Source of the DNA: Camelus dromedarius
Taxonomy: Eukaryota
Direction of reading: 5' to 3'
Length of the DNA stretch: 64,000 nucleotides
Assembly (NCBI RefSeq): GCF_036321535.1
Contig: NC_087436.1
Coordinates: 56,050,001-56,114,000 of the forward strand
Part shown: piece by piece, positions 13,791 through 27,029 of the stretch
How positions within the stretch are numbered: the stretch's first letter is position 1
Layout: the number at the start of each line of letters is the position of its first letter
The notes under the pieces: generated by a model
Databases searched by the model: none
What the model was told of the DNA's origin: nothing
What the model saw: the letters and a program-made list of their open reading frames with translations, nothing else
Made by a program: the position numbers and the translations under genes

Positions 13791-16168
13791 ATGTATGTAG
13801 ATACGTAAAGCCCAGTTTGACTGCATCTCAACTTTGTAGCAGAGGGCCAGTCACAGAAGTTGAATCAACTCCGAGGAATGTAAGCACATTTTTGTGCAAC
13901 ATAAACACAAGTGGGGGAAAATAATAATACAAATGCTTTCTGAATGAAAGGAAAATATCAATTACAGAACCATTAAGGGAAGATTTTATCACTGAAGGTT
14001 TAGGTGATGTAAGTAAGGAATTTGATTATATGAAATATCATTGTCTCCAACCCAGAAAAAAATGACGGCTGAGGAAAAATGTGTTTTGTCTTGGTAGCCT
14101 ATCATGGTTGGAAAACTCTGTGATCTATGCCAGGGAGTTAGACCTTGAAGAGAAACAGATTGTCAGGTGGGAGCTATTATCCTAATAAACATTTCCCTTC
14201 CAGAATTCTGCCATTCTGAGACTCTGTCCTGACCTCACTCTCTCATAATTAAGTCATTAATGGCTACTGCCTCCCCCATGTAGAAGTTTTCAGTGCACCT
14301 GATGTTCGACTTGGAATATGTCACAGAAAAGTGGAGATCTTAATGTTTCTGGAGTAATTTCAGCATAGGTGACTGATTTGAAAATCTGTCTGCATGTGAC
14401 TATCTCTAGTAAGACTTTATCTTTTGATAGCTTTCTTGAAAATATATACTTAAGAATAGGTCACCTCAATTTAACATAAAGTTATACCTATATCAGGAGA
14501 AAATGAAAGAAAATTAAACCATTGTTAAAGACATGAATTCTAAATGGAATTTTCTCTTTTCATGAAATCTGAAGATAAATGCAGGGACATTTCCCAGCAT
14601 AAAGAGGAGAGAATACAATACATTGTTCATAAAGCGCAAAGAGACAGCAAGCTTTCAAGAGAGTAAAAGAGAATATTTTCCTCAGCTATATAGTGAGAAC
14701 TTTGATAGTCACAGATGAACTTCCCATTCATAGATGTTAAAATAAAACAGGACCCCAGACCCCGGTTTCCATGGGTAAGGACAGTGCAGAAATCTTAGGC
14801 AAGCGTATCTGTATTAAAATCATGTTTCAGATATTTATGGTACAACAGGTCCCTGATCACAAGTTCCAAGGGGAAATTTTAAGTCAACTTGTGAAGCAAA
14901 AGTCAAACCATAAAAGAAGAAGATTTATCATTAATTACTATCGGGTGAGTCTATCAGATTATATTTTGAAGAACATAATAGGGGTTAAGTTCCAAATGCT
15001 CTGTACTGTTGGCAGCAAAATATAAGATATTTGAGTAACAATTTTGTTATTAACCAATTTATGATCCTTTTATTTCAGTGAAGCACATAAGGGACATGGT
15101 AAGAATTTGCTATAAATAAATGACAGCTTTGTTGAATAGGAACTTTTTTTTTTTAGATTTTAAAACAATAGAACGGGCCAAATATCCTTGTAAATTACAT
15201 TAATGAGCTAGATTGCTGCTTCTAATGGAGGCTCTGTGCTCTACTCGGTGCCTCATGCAGATTTGCCAGTTAATAAGCCTGAACAGTGTTTCTGTTCGTG
15301 GAAAATGAATCTGAAACGATTGTCAGATTATCTGTTTGGCATGCCTGGCTGGTGTCTGGAATGGCACTTTGCTAATGTGTTATTACTCAGTGTCATTAAG
15401 CCACACAAATGATTGAAAGGTGAATTTATATGTGTACCATGGGGCTCAGCTCAGGGAACATGCTGCTGCAAATGATGCTACAAAGGATAAAATGAACCAT
15501 TCGTTCTGGATTTCCATTCTTCAGCTTCATGTCCTCACTTCAGAAACATGACATTTAAATTTGTGGAGAATAATAAGACAAAGCCTTAACCTAGAAAACA
15601 CACTTCTGCATTGTGTCAATGGCTAAAAAGTTATATAGGTGAAAATGAGTAGTCATCTCTTTTCCCTGATTCCCATATCAGAGGGATCCTGGCAAAAAAG
15701 TCATAAATACTTTGGAACCTACTTCACATGAGAATATTTTGGAAACCTTAAATAGAAAAGTAGGACTTGTGATGGAAATGTGAAGTGAAAGGCCTCTCAC
15801 TCCTTCATCACAGGAATTTAATTTACACTTTTGCAGACTAATTAAGATACTTCAGAAAGGAGAATATTTTTCTTTGAGTAATATCTATAACAGACTATTA
15901 CGGCAAAGCCATAAAATGGAAGCTGCCAAATATTTTCCATTTTAATCTTTTTAACGAGTTTTGTTTGATATTTCTTCAGCAGATATTTTAATGTACACCA
16001 ATGCTGTTTAATTTCAAAGGCTTTGTAAATTTGGAATAGATTTGGAAATAATAGGTTGTAACGTTATCCTTAAGGAAATAAACAGAACCTGGGCAAAATA
16101 CAGTCTGACTCTGATTCCCACTTTCTGCAAAGCTAGATTTTGTTTAGATTTAAGGAAGATTCTTGAGG

Positions 16169-16208
16169 TATTTATTTATTTATTTATTTATTATTTATTT
16201 ATATTTAT
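16169..16208. repeat. (TTTA)n simple repeat
   Basis: Read directly. Confidence 0.85.
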
Positions 16209-17416
16209 AACATACTACATATAATTTTTATTAACCTAATTTCAAACTAAAATCAATACTCCCAGTGAAAATCTTTTTCTGCTTTTAATTCTAGCCTCCT
16301 CACCACTGGCTTACTCTATGTCCCTCCCTCATTCTTGGCCTTCCAAAATAAAGGGTTTTAAATTTCAGCCATTTTTCCTGTATTTATATTTTAAGAGTTG
16401 TGTGAAAAGTATTTCTGAATTTTCTGATTTGGCATCATTTTACTTGGATAATGGTATCCATCTTTGTATCTTTTCTTAAACAAGGGAAAAAAGAAATTGT
16501 TTCCCAACATTCACCATACATAACAAGAACTTTTTCAGCACCATTGATCTATCTTGTTGAGAGATTAAATATTTCATACATTTTTTAACCAAGGCAGGTT
16601 CTTGTAGTTTAAAAAGAATAATTAGTACTTTCTGCTTAGCTAAGCAAATAGACCATAAGGGTAATTTGGACTTGTTAGAAATGAGTTCTGTTTATCACCC
16701 CGTATTTATCAAACCAGAATGTTGCTTATTTTCCTGCTCTGGTTATAAATGTTTGTTAAGCATACGACTTGATAAATATCTGACCCATCTCAAAACCTAT
16801 TATGAAATAGCCTGACTTTGTTTTGAGTACTCACTTTGTTCACTCATAATTTATTGCAGTCACATATTGCTACTGCATTTTTTTTCCTGGCCTTCTCACT
16901 GCCCTTTATTATCCACCACCCTTCCCTCATCCCCACACTGGACTCAAGAAGGGCTACCCCTGCCAGGGCAGTATTCATTCAAAGTCGCAGTCCCTACCTC
17001 CCCAGGTGTTGTGATGTAGTGATGTACTTGTGGTGTGTTCCATCCTCTGCTGACTAGGTAGTCCAAGTTAAACTGATAAATGGATTCATGTTAAGTTGCT
17101 CATTCATCCTTACCTTTAAAATATTGGCCATTCCTCAGAGGTCCTCCTGGAAACAATACTTTATGCAGTGACTATTCGGACACAGGGCTTCACTTAACTT
17201 TCACGTAATTTGTGGCTCTTCAGAACTTTAGAGTCTATGTGATGATTTTGATCAAATATGGGTTATGTTGCTAAAGGATAATGACTGTAAATTCCAGGGA
17301 CAATTGGAAAAGAATATAAATGTATATTGCAAAGGTTCTATTCTCTCTCTCCTCTCTCCTTCCCTGTTTATATCTATGCTTGTTCTTTATGTGACTGTCT
17401 TTACACAAACACACAA

Positions 17417-17442
17417 CACACACACACACACACACACACACA
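17417..17442. repeat. (CA)13 microsatellite
   Basis: Read directly. Confidence 0.95.
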
Positions 17443-17495
17443 TCCCAATTGCATTTTCTGGAATCTTTTCCTTCTCTGCCCTCCAAAAATGTGAT

Positions 17496-18033
17496 TGCAT
17501 TAGTTATCTATTAGCTGTGTAACAAGTTACCCCCAAATTTAGCAGCTTAAAACAGAAACATTTTGTAACATTTATAAGCATTGTGTTTATACAGGTTCTG
17601 AAGATCAGATATCATGGAGGAGTTTAGTTGATTGGGTCTGAGAGGATCTCTCATGAGGTAGCAGTCAAGCCATCAGCAGGGGCCAGAGTCATCTGAAAGC
17701 TCAACTAGGGCTGGAGGGTATGTTTTCATGTTGGCTCACTTGTGTGGCTGTTGGCAGGAGGCTTCACTTTCTCATCATGGTTGGAGTGTCCTCACAATAT
17801 GCCAGCTGTCTTCCCCTGAGCAAGTGATCTCACAGAGAGCAAGAGGGCAAGGAGGAAGCCACTTGCCTTTCACAACCCACTCTCTAAATTTGCAAACTAT
17901 CACATCCACCTCATTCTGTTTGTTAGAAGGGATTCACTAGTTCTAGTTCCCAACCAATTGGAATGCAATTGGGCTGCACCTCTTGAGGGGCGTAGCATCA
18001 AGGAACTTGTGAACGTATCTTTAAACCAGCATA
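17496..18033 (-). mobile_element. MaLR solo LTR (MLT1F/G-like), near full length
   Basis: tgcattagttatctattagctgtgtaacaagttacccccaaatttagcagcttaaaaca...tctcatgaggtagcagtcaag...gtcatctgaaagctcaact...aggaacttgtgaacgtatctttaaacca. Confidence 0.9.
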
Positions 18034-18504
18034 TTTATTAGGAAGGAAAATATCTCTCGTTGCTGAAATTAACAGTATGATGAGATTTACTAATGGCTTT
18101 TAAAAGTATAAAAGTGTGAGTTTCCTTTGAGGGTTGGGATTTTTGAATGAGGGTTGGGATTTTTTAAATGTTATTCAGCCTTGTAGCCATAGTTCAACTC
18201 AAGCACAGAGCCTCATAGATAGCAGTAGGTACTAAATAAGTATAGAATTCATTAATCAATGTCTCCAAGGGGTGGAGTATGTTTCCTAAACGTCTAAAGT
18301 TTTACTGCGTAGGTTTGTTTTTTCTTGCTCTGCTTCCAATGTTACATAGGGGAAAATGTAATTAAATGCCTTTATATATTTTAATTTTAAAGATTAATTG
18401 TGTAAGTTGCAAGTGTCCAGTTTATCTCCTAATAACTGTCTCACATATGTGCAGTGTATGTATATGTAGTACATTGTATGTTGATTATCTGTTATTGGAT
18501 GTCT

Positions 18505-18640
18505 TGTTTATTGTCTGTTACCTTTACTAGATTTTAGGCTTCATAAACACCAAGATTTTTGCCTGTTTTGTTCAAGACAGTATCCCCAGCACTATGACAT
18601 TGTGTGACATAACATAGGAATGTTTACTAAGTGAATTAAT
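18505..18640 (+). mobile_element. L2 3' end fragment
   Basis: tgtttattgtctg...actagattttaggcttcat...tgttttgttca...gtatccccagcac. Confidence 0.65.
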
Positions 18641-21069
18641 TAAAATATTCACTAAGCTAAGGATGTCAGGACCTTAACTTGTAATTTGCATGGATTCAGT
18701 TTGGACATAGTTATGTTTATTTGGGGAGCTTCAAAATATCTCTTCTTCTCCTTGGGCTAAAGTTTTCAGTGTTAAAGAGCTTATATGTAAAAATCTGTTG
18801 TTGAAACACACATTATGGCTCTTGCCCAGATATAGGCCCTTGAGAATGACCCAGTTTACTTGTGTAGCTTGTTGGGACCGTAGAAAGTATAGGATGAGAT
18901 ATGGAGCAGTCGTGTTTTACAGTCAAAGTATGGAAAAGAAAAGCTCTGAATACTGGTGAAGACTGAATACATGTTCAGGGCCTGTGCAGGGCTGAAAGGA
19001 GAAGGAAGCTCATGGGGGAAGCTATTCATTTGTAGTTCTGGCCCTGAAATTAGAAAGAAAATAAAATGTGCAAATCCAAACTATTTTTTTTTAACCTGGG
19101 TGCTTTGGATCGATTTATATATACACATAATGTCACCATTAGGTTTTCTGATTTCTAAGATATAAATTGCTGAGGATCCTAAAATAAATTACTGGATAGT
19201 CTCTATTCATTTTTACCCATTGCACATGTTACCCCATATGATGGTGCAGATCTACTTTAAAGAACCACCAAGTTTGTTCAGAAAGGATGGAAGTGAGATA
19301 AGGAGTATTTGGCTTCCTTCTGACATGGAAGAAGAGAAAGACTTTCAGAGAAGCTAGAACTTTTTCGTGAACCTCACTACATATTGTAGTGTTCCACAGT
19401 GATCATATACTTTTAGAGTTCAAAGGGACTTTAGAGACTACATATTTGAATCTCCTTTTATTATGTTAGAGAATTTGGATAATTATCTACTTCAAATTGT
19501 GTCAGTATGACCATTTTCACAGGTTAAGTCTCTTCATTCTTTAATTTTGGGGGAGTGGAAGTTACAGGCTGAAGTGTGGCTTGAGAAGCTCCCCCCCCAA
19601 CAGGAATGGATGATGTAGAGAGTCTATTTAAAATAATTCATCCTCTTCCCCTCATGAGTGTTCCTAAGTCTTTGCAGCCATTTGTTTTAAAATTTTTTAT
19701 TGTTTATTTAACATAGCCTGCAGGTGACCCGTGCAGTTTCATTTGGGACTCTGTGCCTTAGTAGCAGTATGTCAGGCAGTCATGTGGTTCTCACCATCGC
19801 TGGGGACCTGCGTTCAGCCTGGATCATCTCTCTGTGAAAAGCTCCAAAAGAATTTCTTTTTCATTATTTAACACCCAATTATGTTATTTCATTCGAATGT
19901 TGGAACTCTTCACTTATTTTGCCCAAAGTTAAAACGTAGTGCTTAACCCCATTCAGAAAACTAGTAAATATTCTAAGTACTGAAAATGATCCTTCAATTA
20001 ATTTTTTTAATTATAATGATTTTTTTCAGCTTCATAACTTACAGGAAGGATAGGTGGGAAGACACTCTCAAAAGATTGAGGTAACAGAAGACTGTTTGGA
20101 ATTTTTTTCATGTTCATGGTAAGAAAATAAGACAATGATTGATAAGAGAAATTCAAACAAATAATCCCCCAAAGTCATTTCAATTACAAATATTTAAGAA
20201 ATGCATCTCTGACATTTGGAAGTATTGTTAGTGAAATGGGATCCTATATTTAATTACGCTTTCTGTGGATAATGCATGAGTACTTGTGATTATATTCATA
20301 AGTTAAATAATTTAAAATAGCACTATTTTAGATTCTCTTACCTTTGTAGCTTAAAAAAAAAAAAAAGCCTTTCTCATACCACAAAGGATACTGTCAAATA
20401 GCAATTCCTAAGGCTTGGAAAGAAACTTCTCTAAGCAGACTCTCCTTAGTGATGCTGTGCTTGATACTTGTCGTCTTTTAACTGTCTTTGACTAATTCTC
20501 ATGTCTTAAAGAAAGATGGAATGGCTCTCAAATGCTAGGATTAAAATGCCAGATGCAGCACATGAATCAATTGTAAACGACAAAAACGAACAGTAACAAT
20601 TTCATTTCCGTAGAAACCAATTCATTATTACACAGCCTGCCAGTGATGCTCCAGGTCCTCCCAGACTTAGCCTTCACCAAATGTTTTCCCTTAAAACTAA
20701 ACCAAAACAGAGCTTTTTAGATGAGCCTCATGCTGGAGTGCACTGTCAATAGTTTCCACATCGATTGTATTGGGTCACTAAAATGAGATGTTTCTCTTCA
20801 TCCGCATATCCACCGCTTCCCAGTGATGTGGTAAAAATGGTGCCCTGTGAATTTAATAAGGGATGCTGTTCTCTATGGAAGCTCGTATTTTCAGCTTACA
20901 TGAAAGTGCCTGTATTGATGAACTTCATCTTGCACTTCCTGAGAGCGCTCATTTATAGTAAACATCAGCAATTATTTTATTAAAATGCAGTTTTATTTAA
21001 CTGAATATTAATAATTTAATGATATGGTTGTAGAGCTTAAAAATCCTTAGGAGAGAAATTTCTGGCTTG

Positions 21070-21207
21070 TTTACATATTTCTTTCCCTCCCTAGACTATC
21101 CCCAGAGGGAAGGGCCCGCTTCTTAGTCATCTTTGTATGAGAAGTACCCTATATGTGGTTTGAAAATAAGGAATCAGCATAGGTCTGTTGAATAAATGAG
21201 TAAATGG
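21070..21207 (+). mobile_element. L2 3' end fragment
   Basis: ccctagact...gagggaagggcc...tcttagtcatctttgtat...tgttgaataaatgagtaaatg. Confidence 0.6.
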
Positions 21208-22489
21208 TTAAACGGATGCAAATGTTGCTATACGGCATATGCTGAGATTTACATTTACAGTGATCTGATTGTTCTAAAATCCCACATTTTCTGACACCCT
21301 GTGACCCTGTCTCTCTGTCTCACTAGTCATGTAAGTCATGTGGGTTACTCATAGTTTTGACTTGCAGGATTTTGCAGTCCTGAATTTCCCTGAGATTCTG
21401 TCCTCTGCTCCATCCTCCACTTTCCTGCTTTCCATGAGAATGTGTGCATGCATCCTCCTGCCTCATGGTCTGTCGCCTGAACTTCAGCCGCTGCTTGTGC
21501 CTTGTCCTGTGTTCACCACTCATTGCACAGTTGGCCTTCTTGCCCTTTGAATCAGGAGAGCCTGGTGTCTTCCTAAACTGAGACTGTTCCTGCCCCTACT
21601 TCTTCCTGAGCACCCTTCCCCTTAGCAGCAGAAAAGCCTCTTGTTCTCACTTGGTACCAATGCTTCTACACATTTAGCTGCTCCAGTGTCCCTGTGACCA
21701 CTTGTCTCTAGGCAGAGGTTGCAGTTGGAACCTGCAGCCTAGTTGCCACTCCAATCACTGACCTTTCTCAGTAGCCCTTTCTTTAGCCTTCTATGTGACT
21801 GGTAGCCTGGTTTTTCTCCAACATAAAAGCCCAGGGTTTAGCTGGTGGGGAGAGCACAGCATGTTGTTGGCTGGCAGCTGGAGGACTACCTGCCCCACCA
21901 GAAACAGATCAAATGATCATCTGAGATATTTCCAGGTTCCCTTGTTTAAAAGGCAGACAGATCAAAGACACTGCCACCCTCTAAGATTTGAAGATTAGCA
22001 GAGCAGCCTCAAGGCCTTCACCCCTACGTGACCCCTAAATGTTCACCAACTGTGTGTTATTTCACATTCCATGCCTGAGTGCATGTGGTGACTTTGCAGT
22101 ATGCAATTTGACTCTCTACCTTAATCAAGTACTCTGGAGATTCAAAGAGCACACTTACATATACACTTAAGTGTCTTGAGTATACCTATCAATAAAAGAA
22201 AGACTATTTGTTAATTATTTGAATACCTTGTTTTTAAACAATGTTAAAAAATGTTGTTTTTAAATTTGTCACCTAAACTCAGGATACATGCTAATAATAA
22301 TCACATTTTGGGGAAAAGGTTTAAAACATTACCAACTTAACTCTTACTTATTTTATCCAAAAAGCTTTATCTGACTTTCCCTTAAGACAACTACCTCCTG
22401 TATGTTTCCATATTACAAGAAGTTACCCTTGAACTAGGAATTACTCCTGAGGATTTCATTTTTATAGTCAAGGTTAACTTGACTATATT

Positions 22490-22628
22490 CTCCATCAGAA
22501 TGATTTTAGGCTGATAGGGGCCTTTATGGGCAGGGATGGTTCTTGTTTATGATTTTATCCCTAATACCTATACAGTACCAAGAACATATTTATCACTCAA
22601 TAAATATTTCTTGAATTTATAAATAAAT
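22490..22628 (+). mobile_element. L2 3' end fragment
   Basis: gggcaggga...tatccctaatacctatacagtacc...cactcaataaatatttcttgaat. Confidence 0.65.
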
Positions 22629-24055
22629 CCATAGTGTACATTATGACATTATCCTGTAACTGGTTTGATAGTTTCATTTTTTGTGTCTAAATTTATAATT
22701 ATTTACTATGTATCCGCTTAAGATATAGATGCTGTGTATCTGTTTACACATACATATGTGAAACAGAAGGTATTTATATATAGAGAGAGGGAGGGAAAGT
22801 GAATGAGTACTGAGGAAGTATTTTGCCCATTCAGTAACAGTTGAAAAACAGCAATAGCTATTTTTGAATGTGATTATATTTTATGATATTACAGCATATT
22901 ACTTTCTCTCTATTCCTTCACCTAAAAAAAAAAAACCGCCAAGGCTCTGTCAGATTGATTGAGGAAAAGATTATGGGAACCAGTAAACAAATAAAAAGTC
23001 AATAAGCAGTTCCAACTGCCAATCATATAACCACAAGATAAAAATGAGAAAATCAAAAGGGGCGAAGAAATACTTCCTCTTATTTGGCTAGATTTCCGCA
23101 CATGAAAGAAGCAGTCTTGGGTGGGGAAGCAGTCTGATTTCGCCAGCAGCGTGACAAGCATCATCAGTATCGTCACCCTGCATCAGCGCTGCTGGATGCC
23201 CTCAGGTGTGGCAGGCACGCGGTCAGACAGAGGATTAGGAGAACACCTGGTCTGAGCTGTGCTGGAGGTGGGCTTGCTCAAGAGGGACCCAGAGCTGTCG
23301 TTGGTGGTTTTTCACTAGAGAAAGACTAAGGATGATGTGACAAAGAACAACTCAACCGACCAGAAAATCATGAGAATGTATTGTTTTTCACACTACCATG
23401 AATCCCATTTTATCACCTTGAGCTATTTCTAAGGTAAAACTGAAATTTTATTTAGATTAATGTGAGTACTTGATTTTCTCTCTTCTGGATGTTAGTTGAA
23501 CTTTGAAGGTGCCAACAATAATTTATAATTTTACTTAGGAGAATATTTTTATACCTACATTTGATTATAGTGTATTCATAATACAATATTTTAATCACAA
23601 AGAGAGAAACAGCTTCTTTCTCTGATTTCTCTCTTCTGACATCTATTCAAACTCATGCCTGCCTTTTGCTCCATACTGGAAAAGGACTGTGTCTCATCTT
23701 CACATCACAGGAAGTTCAGTCTAATAGGATGTGAGTTATTATAAATTTCATGCCTTGCACTGTTCTTGGAGGAGGAGATATTTTGCATTAAGAAGTCTTC
23801 TCTTCAAGTCTTTTTGAAAGAGTAAACAGAGGACCTGTTTATATCATCAGAGTACTAAGTAGAATAGTTGTCACTGTCAATAATTTAAAAGTGTATACTT
23901 ATAAATATTTTCTGTAATAAAAATTGTGGCTTTTCAGAATGTAATCTGCCAAAATGTCAGAAAATACTTGAAATATTTTAAACCATCCATGTGCCCATGT
24001 GAAAAATACTGCTCTGTTTATAGTTTTTGTAAATAATAAGCATCTTTTGTCTACA

Positions 24056-24263
24056 TGTGATAGATAGAATTCTCAGATGGCCTACAAGATTACTTCTCTC
24101 TGGTGTATACACCCTTGAAAAATCCTCTCCCAATGAGTGTGGGTGGACCTATGAACATGACGGGATGTCCCTTCCATGATTATATTACATTACTTGGCAA
24201 AAGGGATTTTGTAGCTGTAATTAAGATCCATAAACAGTTGGCACTGGGTTAGCCAAAAGAGGA
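24056..24263 (+). mobile_element. MaLR LTR 5' fragment (MLT1E-like)
   Basis: tgtgatagatagaattctcagatggcc...tggtgtatacac...tgagtgtgggtggacctatgaa...ggcaaaagggattttgtagctgtaattaag matches the start of MLT1E; truncated before the poly(A) signal. Confidence 0.85.
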
Positions 24264-24309
24264 ATGAGCAGGTTGCTAACTGTTTAGGTTATTCTATTGT
24301 TCTATAAAG

Positions 24310-24470
24310 AAGAGTTATTATTATAATGGTATTAAAATTAATATACAAACTATATTTATACATTATATGTTTACAAATTATATTCATGTTACTTATAAAT
24401 GTATGTTATAATATATTACATAATTATAGTTATTTTCAATTTAATATTTATGTATTCATAAGTATAAATG
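24310..24470. repeat. AT-rich low-complexity tract
   Basis: Almost entirely A/T with degenerate TAT/ATA periodicity. Confidence 0.7.
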
Positions 24471-25894
24471 GATAGAACTCTTCAAAAAGCAAGTTTATCA
24501 TGAGGCAACATAAAGAACACGCTTTCTACTTCACCTAGCAAAAATTTGAGTTTTGATAAACCATTCACCCAGTTTCAGAAGTAGGCTTGTAAGATGTGGT
24601 TACCCACAGACAGTCCTGATGGGGAGCTCTCCGGTTACCAGAAAACTTCAAAAATGAAGTTTTCTTATATTTGATCCAAAAAAATTCATTTTCACAAGAA
24701 ATAAATGGAATCTGGATTTAGTACCAGTCTTAGTATATTTTGACTCATTGGCTATTATGAAAAATAACTTCAATTGCTGTTTAAAATAATTGGTAAGGTG
24801 CTTACTGTTACATGAATTAGCGTTCATACAAATTCCTAATCCACAAGTAAGTAATTAATATGTTACATATGTAGAAAATTATTGAAAAATACTCAGAAAG
24901 ATATTTCTAAGATTGCTAGTTGCTCACAAAATTGTCAATAGTGTTATTACAAGTTCACCACACTGTATTGCGATAAGCAGGATCACAGCAAATGATTGCT
25001 ATTCTATATGAAGAGTCTTTAGGCCATCCTGGGATCACATGTTCCACCATCACTGCAGCGTGATGTGAGTTAATGCCACATTCAAGTTTCCTGTTTATTT
25101 CCAAAGGAGTTGGAGACCACATTAATGGCTCTGCCTTCAATTCTGTCGTCCGTGACAAAACGGTGGGCAGAGTCATTCGCAAGTTTGTTAGAATATTTAT
25201 AACTTACAAAGAAGCTTATCAAATCCCTTGTATTGAACTGGGTTGTAATTATAGTCTGTTTGTGTACATTTATTATATTTTGTCCATTTGCAGTGTGACT
25301 TATGAGTCTGATACATTCTCAGTCAATTGCATGTGCATAATCGTTATTGAACCAAAACAGACAATGGCCATTCTGGAGCCAGGATAGTCTAATACCTTGA
25401 TGGCCCTTTAGGGACTTTTAATACACTGATTACTGGAATGGCTGTACATGTTGACTTTTTTTAATCTTTAGGAACACACCGAAGTCTGTTCTTAGAGGAA
25501 GGAACACAAAGTAACTATTACAATGCCTGCCATCTGAAAGGAATTAACTTGAATTCCAGGTGTATTTCACTACACCAAATATAGGGACTAGGGATTTGAA
25601 AGGCAATTCAAGAGATGGAAGGGACAGAAAAAACACTGAACCATTGTAGTACCTTTGCCTTTAACGGAAGATAATTTTCAAAGGTTCCTTTTAACTCTGT
25701 GTTTTTTCTTAAGATAGTAGTAGTGAGTAAATAACACAGGAAGATTCCTAGGCAGTTAGCTGAGCTACAGACAAAAAGGTGTTGGGGTGGCCACATAACT
25801 TTTCTGGAAGTATGAGATAAGAAGTCAGAAATCTTTTTAGAGAAAGCCAAAGGTAATCGTAATTTTAGAATTCATTAATTCATTGATTTATATG

Positions 25895-26100
25895 TTAGTG
25901 AGTAAAAGCTTGGGGTAAAATTTAAGCTGATGGTTACACATTCCTGCCATACTATGTAAGTTTGGGGGACACTGTGAACTTCAGTGTTCTATTAAATGAT
26001 AGTGATAATAGTACTCACTCACTGAATCATTGTGAGGGTTAAAGGAGTTAACATGGGCAAAGCTAAAATAAGAACTCAATAAAATTTAATCATTATTATT
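25895..26100 (+). mobile_element. MIR SINE
   Basis: gataatagtactcactcactgaatcattgtgagggttaaaggagttaacat...actcaataaaa...cattattatt. Confidence 0.75.
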
Positions 26101-27029
26101 CATTTATTCATTTAAACCCAGTTTTTTGTGAGTACTAATTACCTGGCTGACAGAGAAGACCTATTTTTATACTCACCCTATTCTGAAAAAATAAGGGTAA
26201 TTTTGAAAGGCCTTAGGAGAAATCTCACTGAAGTCCTTTCTTAGTTAGTTCTGGTAGGGGGCTCTCTATTTTGAGGAGAAATTTTGATAAAAAAGGAGAG
26301 ACAAATTTTATAATTTTAGAAAGAAAAAAGAGCAAATGCAAAAGTCAAACTGAAACTGTATGTTAGCTTTTGTGAAAAGAAAAACAGATATGTAAGGAAA
26401 ATGACAGAAAGTTCTATTCTTGTGTTTGTCTTTCACCAGACTGAAAAATTATTCAGCAAAAATGCTGTTGGGAGAAAGATGTGATATAGACATTCTCAAA
26501 ACCATCTTTTTTACATCAGCGACCCCTATTTTCTGACTAAAACAGAGTTTAAAATGTAATATCTAATGTCATAAATGCTATTTAAATATTATTATAATTT
26601 TTAAATATATAATTTTATGGGGTGGGCCCTCTCATTACTACCCTAGATTCCATTTTTGTTAATTTGAAACTCCTAACCCCTTGGAAAAATCCTGGCCCTA
26701 GATTAACAATGTGCAGTTTGGAGCCTCATTTCCTTGTAAGCTGCATTGAAACAGTGCAATAAAAAAATTATAAATGAGGGAGTAAAATGTGCAAACACCC
26801 ACCCCACACATTTAAGCAGAAACAGAAACATGAAGGAACAGTAGACGACAAGACAAAAATATCTCCACAATAAGTAAATATTCTTAGACGCCAGATGCTA
26901 TATCATATACTATGTGCTATTTACTTTTTCTCCTATTCCTTGTGAAACAAACACACTGATCTTAGACTGGAAATTTTGAACTCACTTCTAAGGATACATT
27001 TTCCTAGCTTAGCACACAAGAAAGCTGTT

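Noticed and set aside
16533..16550. REST/NRSE site (ttcagcacc)
   Set aside because: Only the left half-site is present; there is no GGACAG half at a usable spacing.
21300..21800. GC-richer, pyrimidine-rich stretch that may be an old LTR (similar unassigned stretches at ~10750-11100 and ~16830-17060)
   Set aside because: I could not match it to a consensus or define termini, so it is left unannotated pending a Dfam search.
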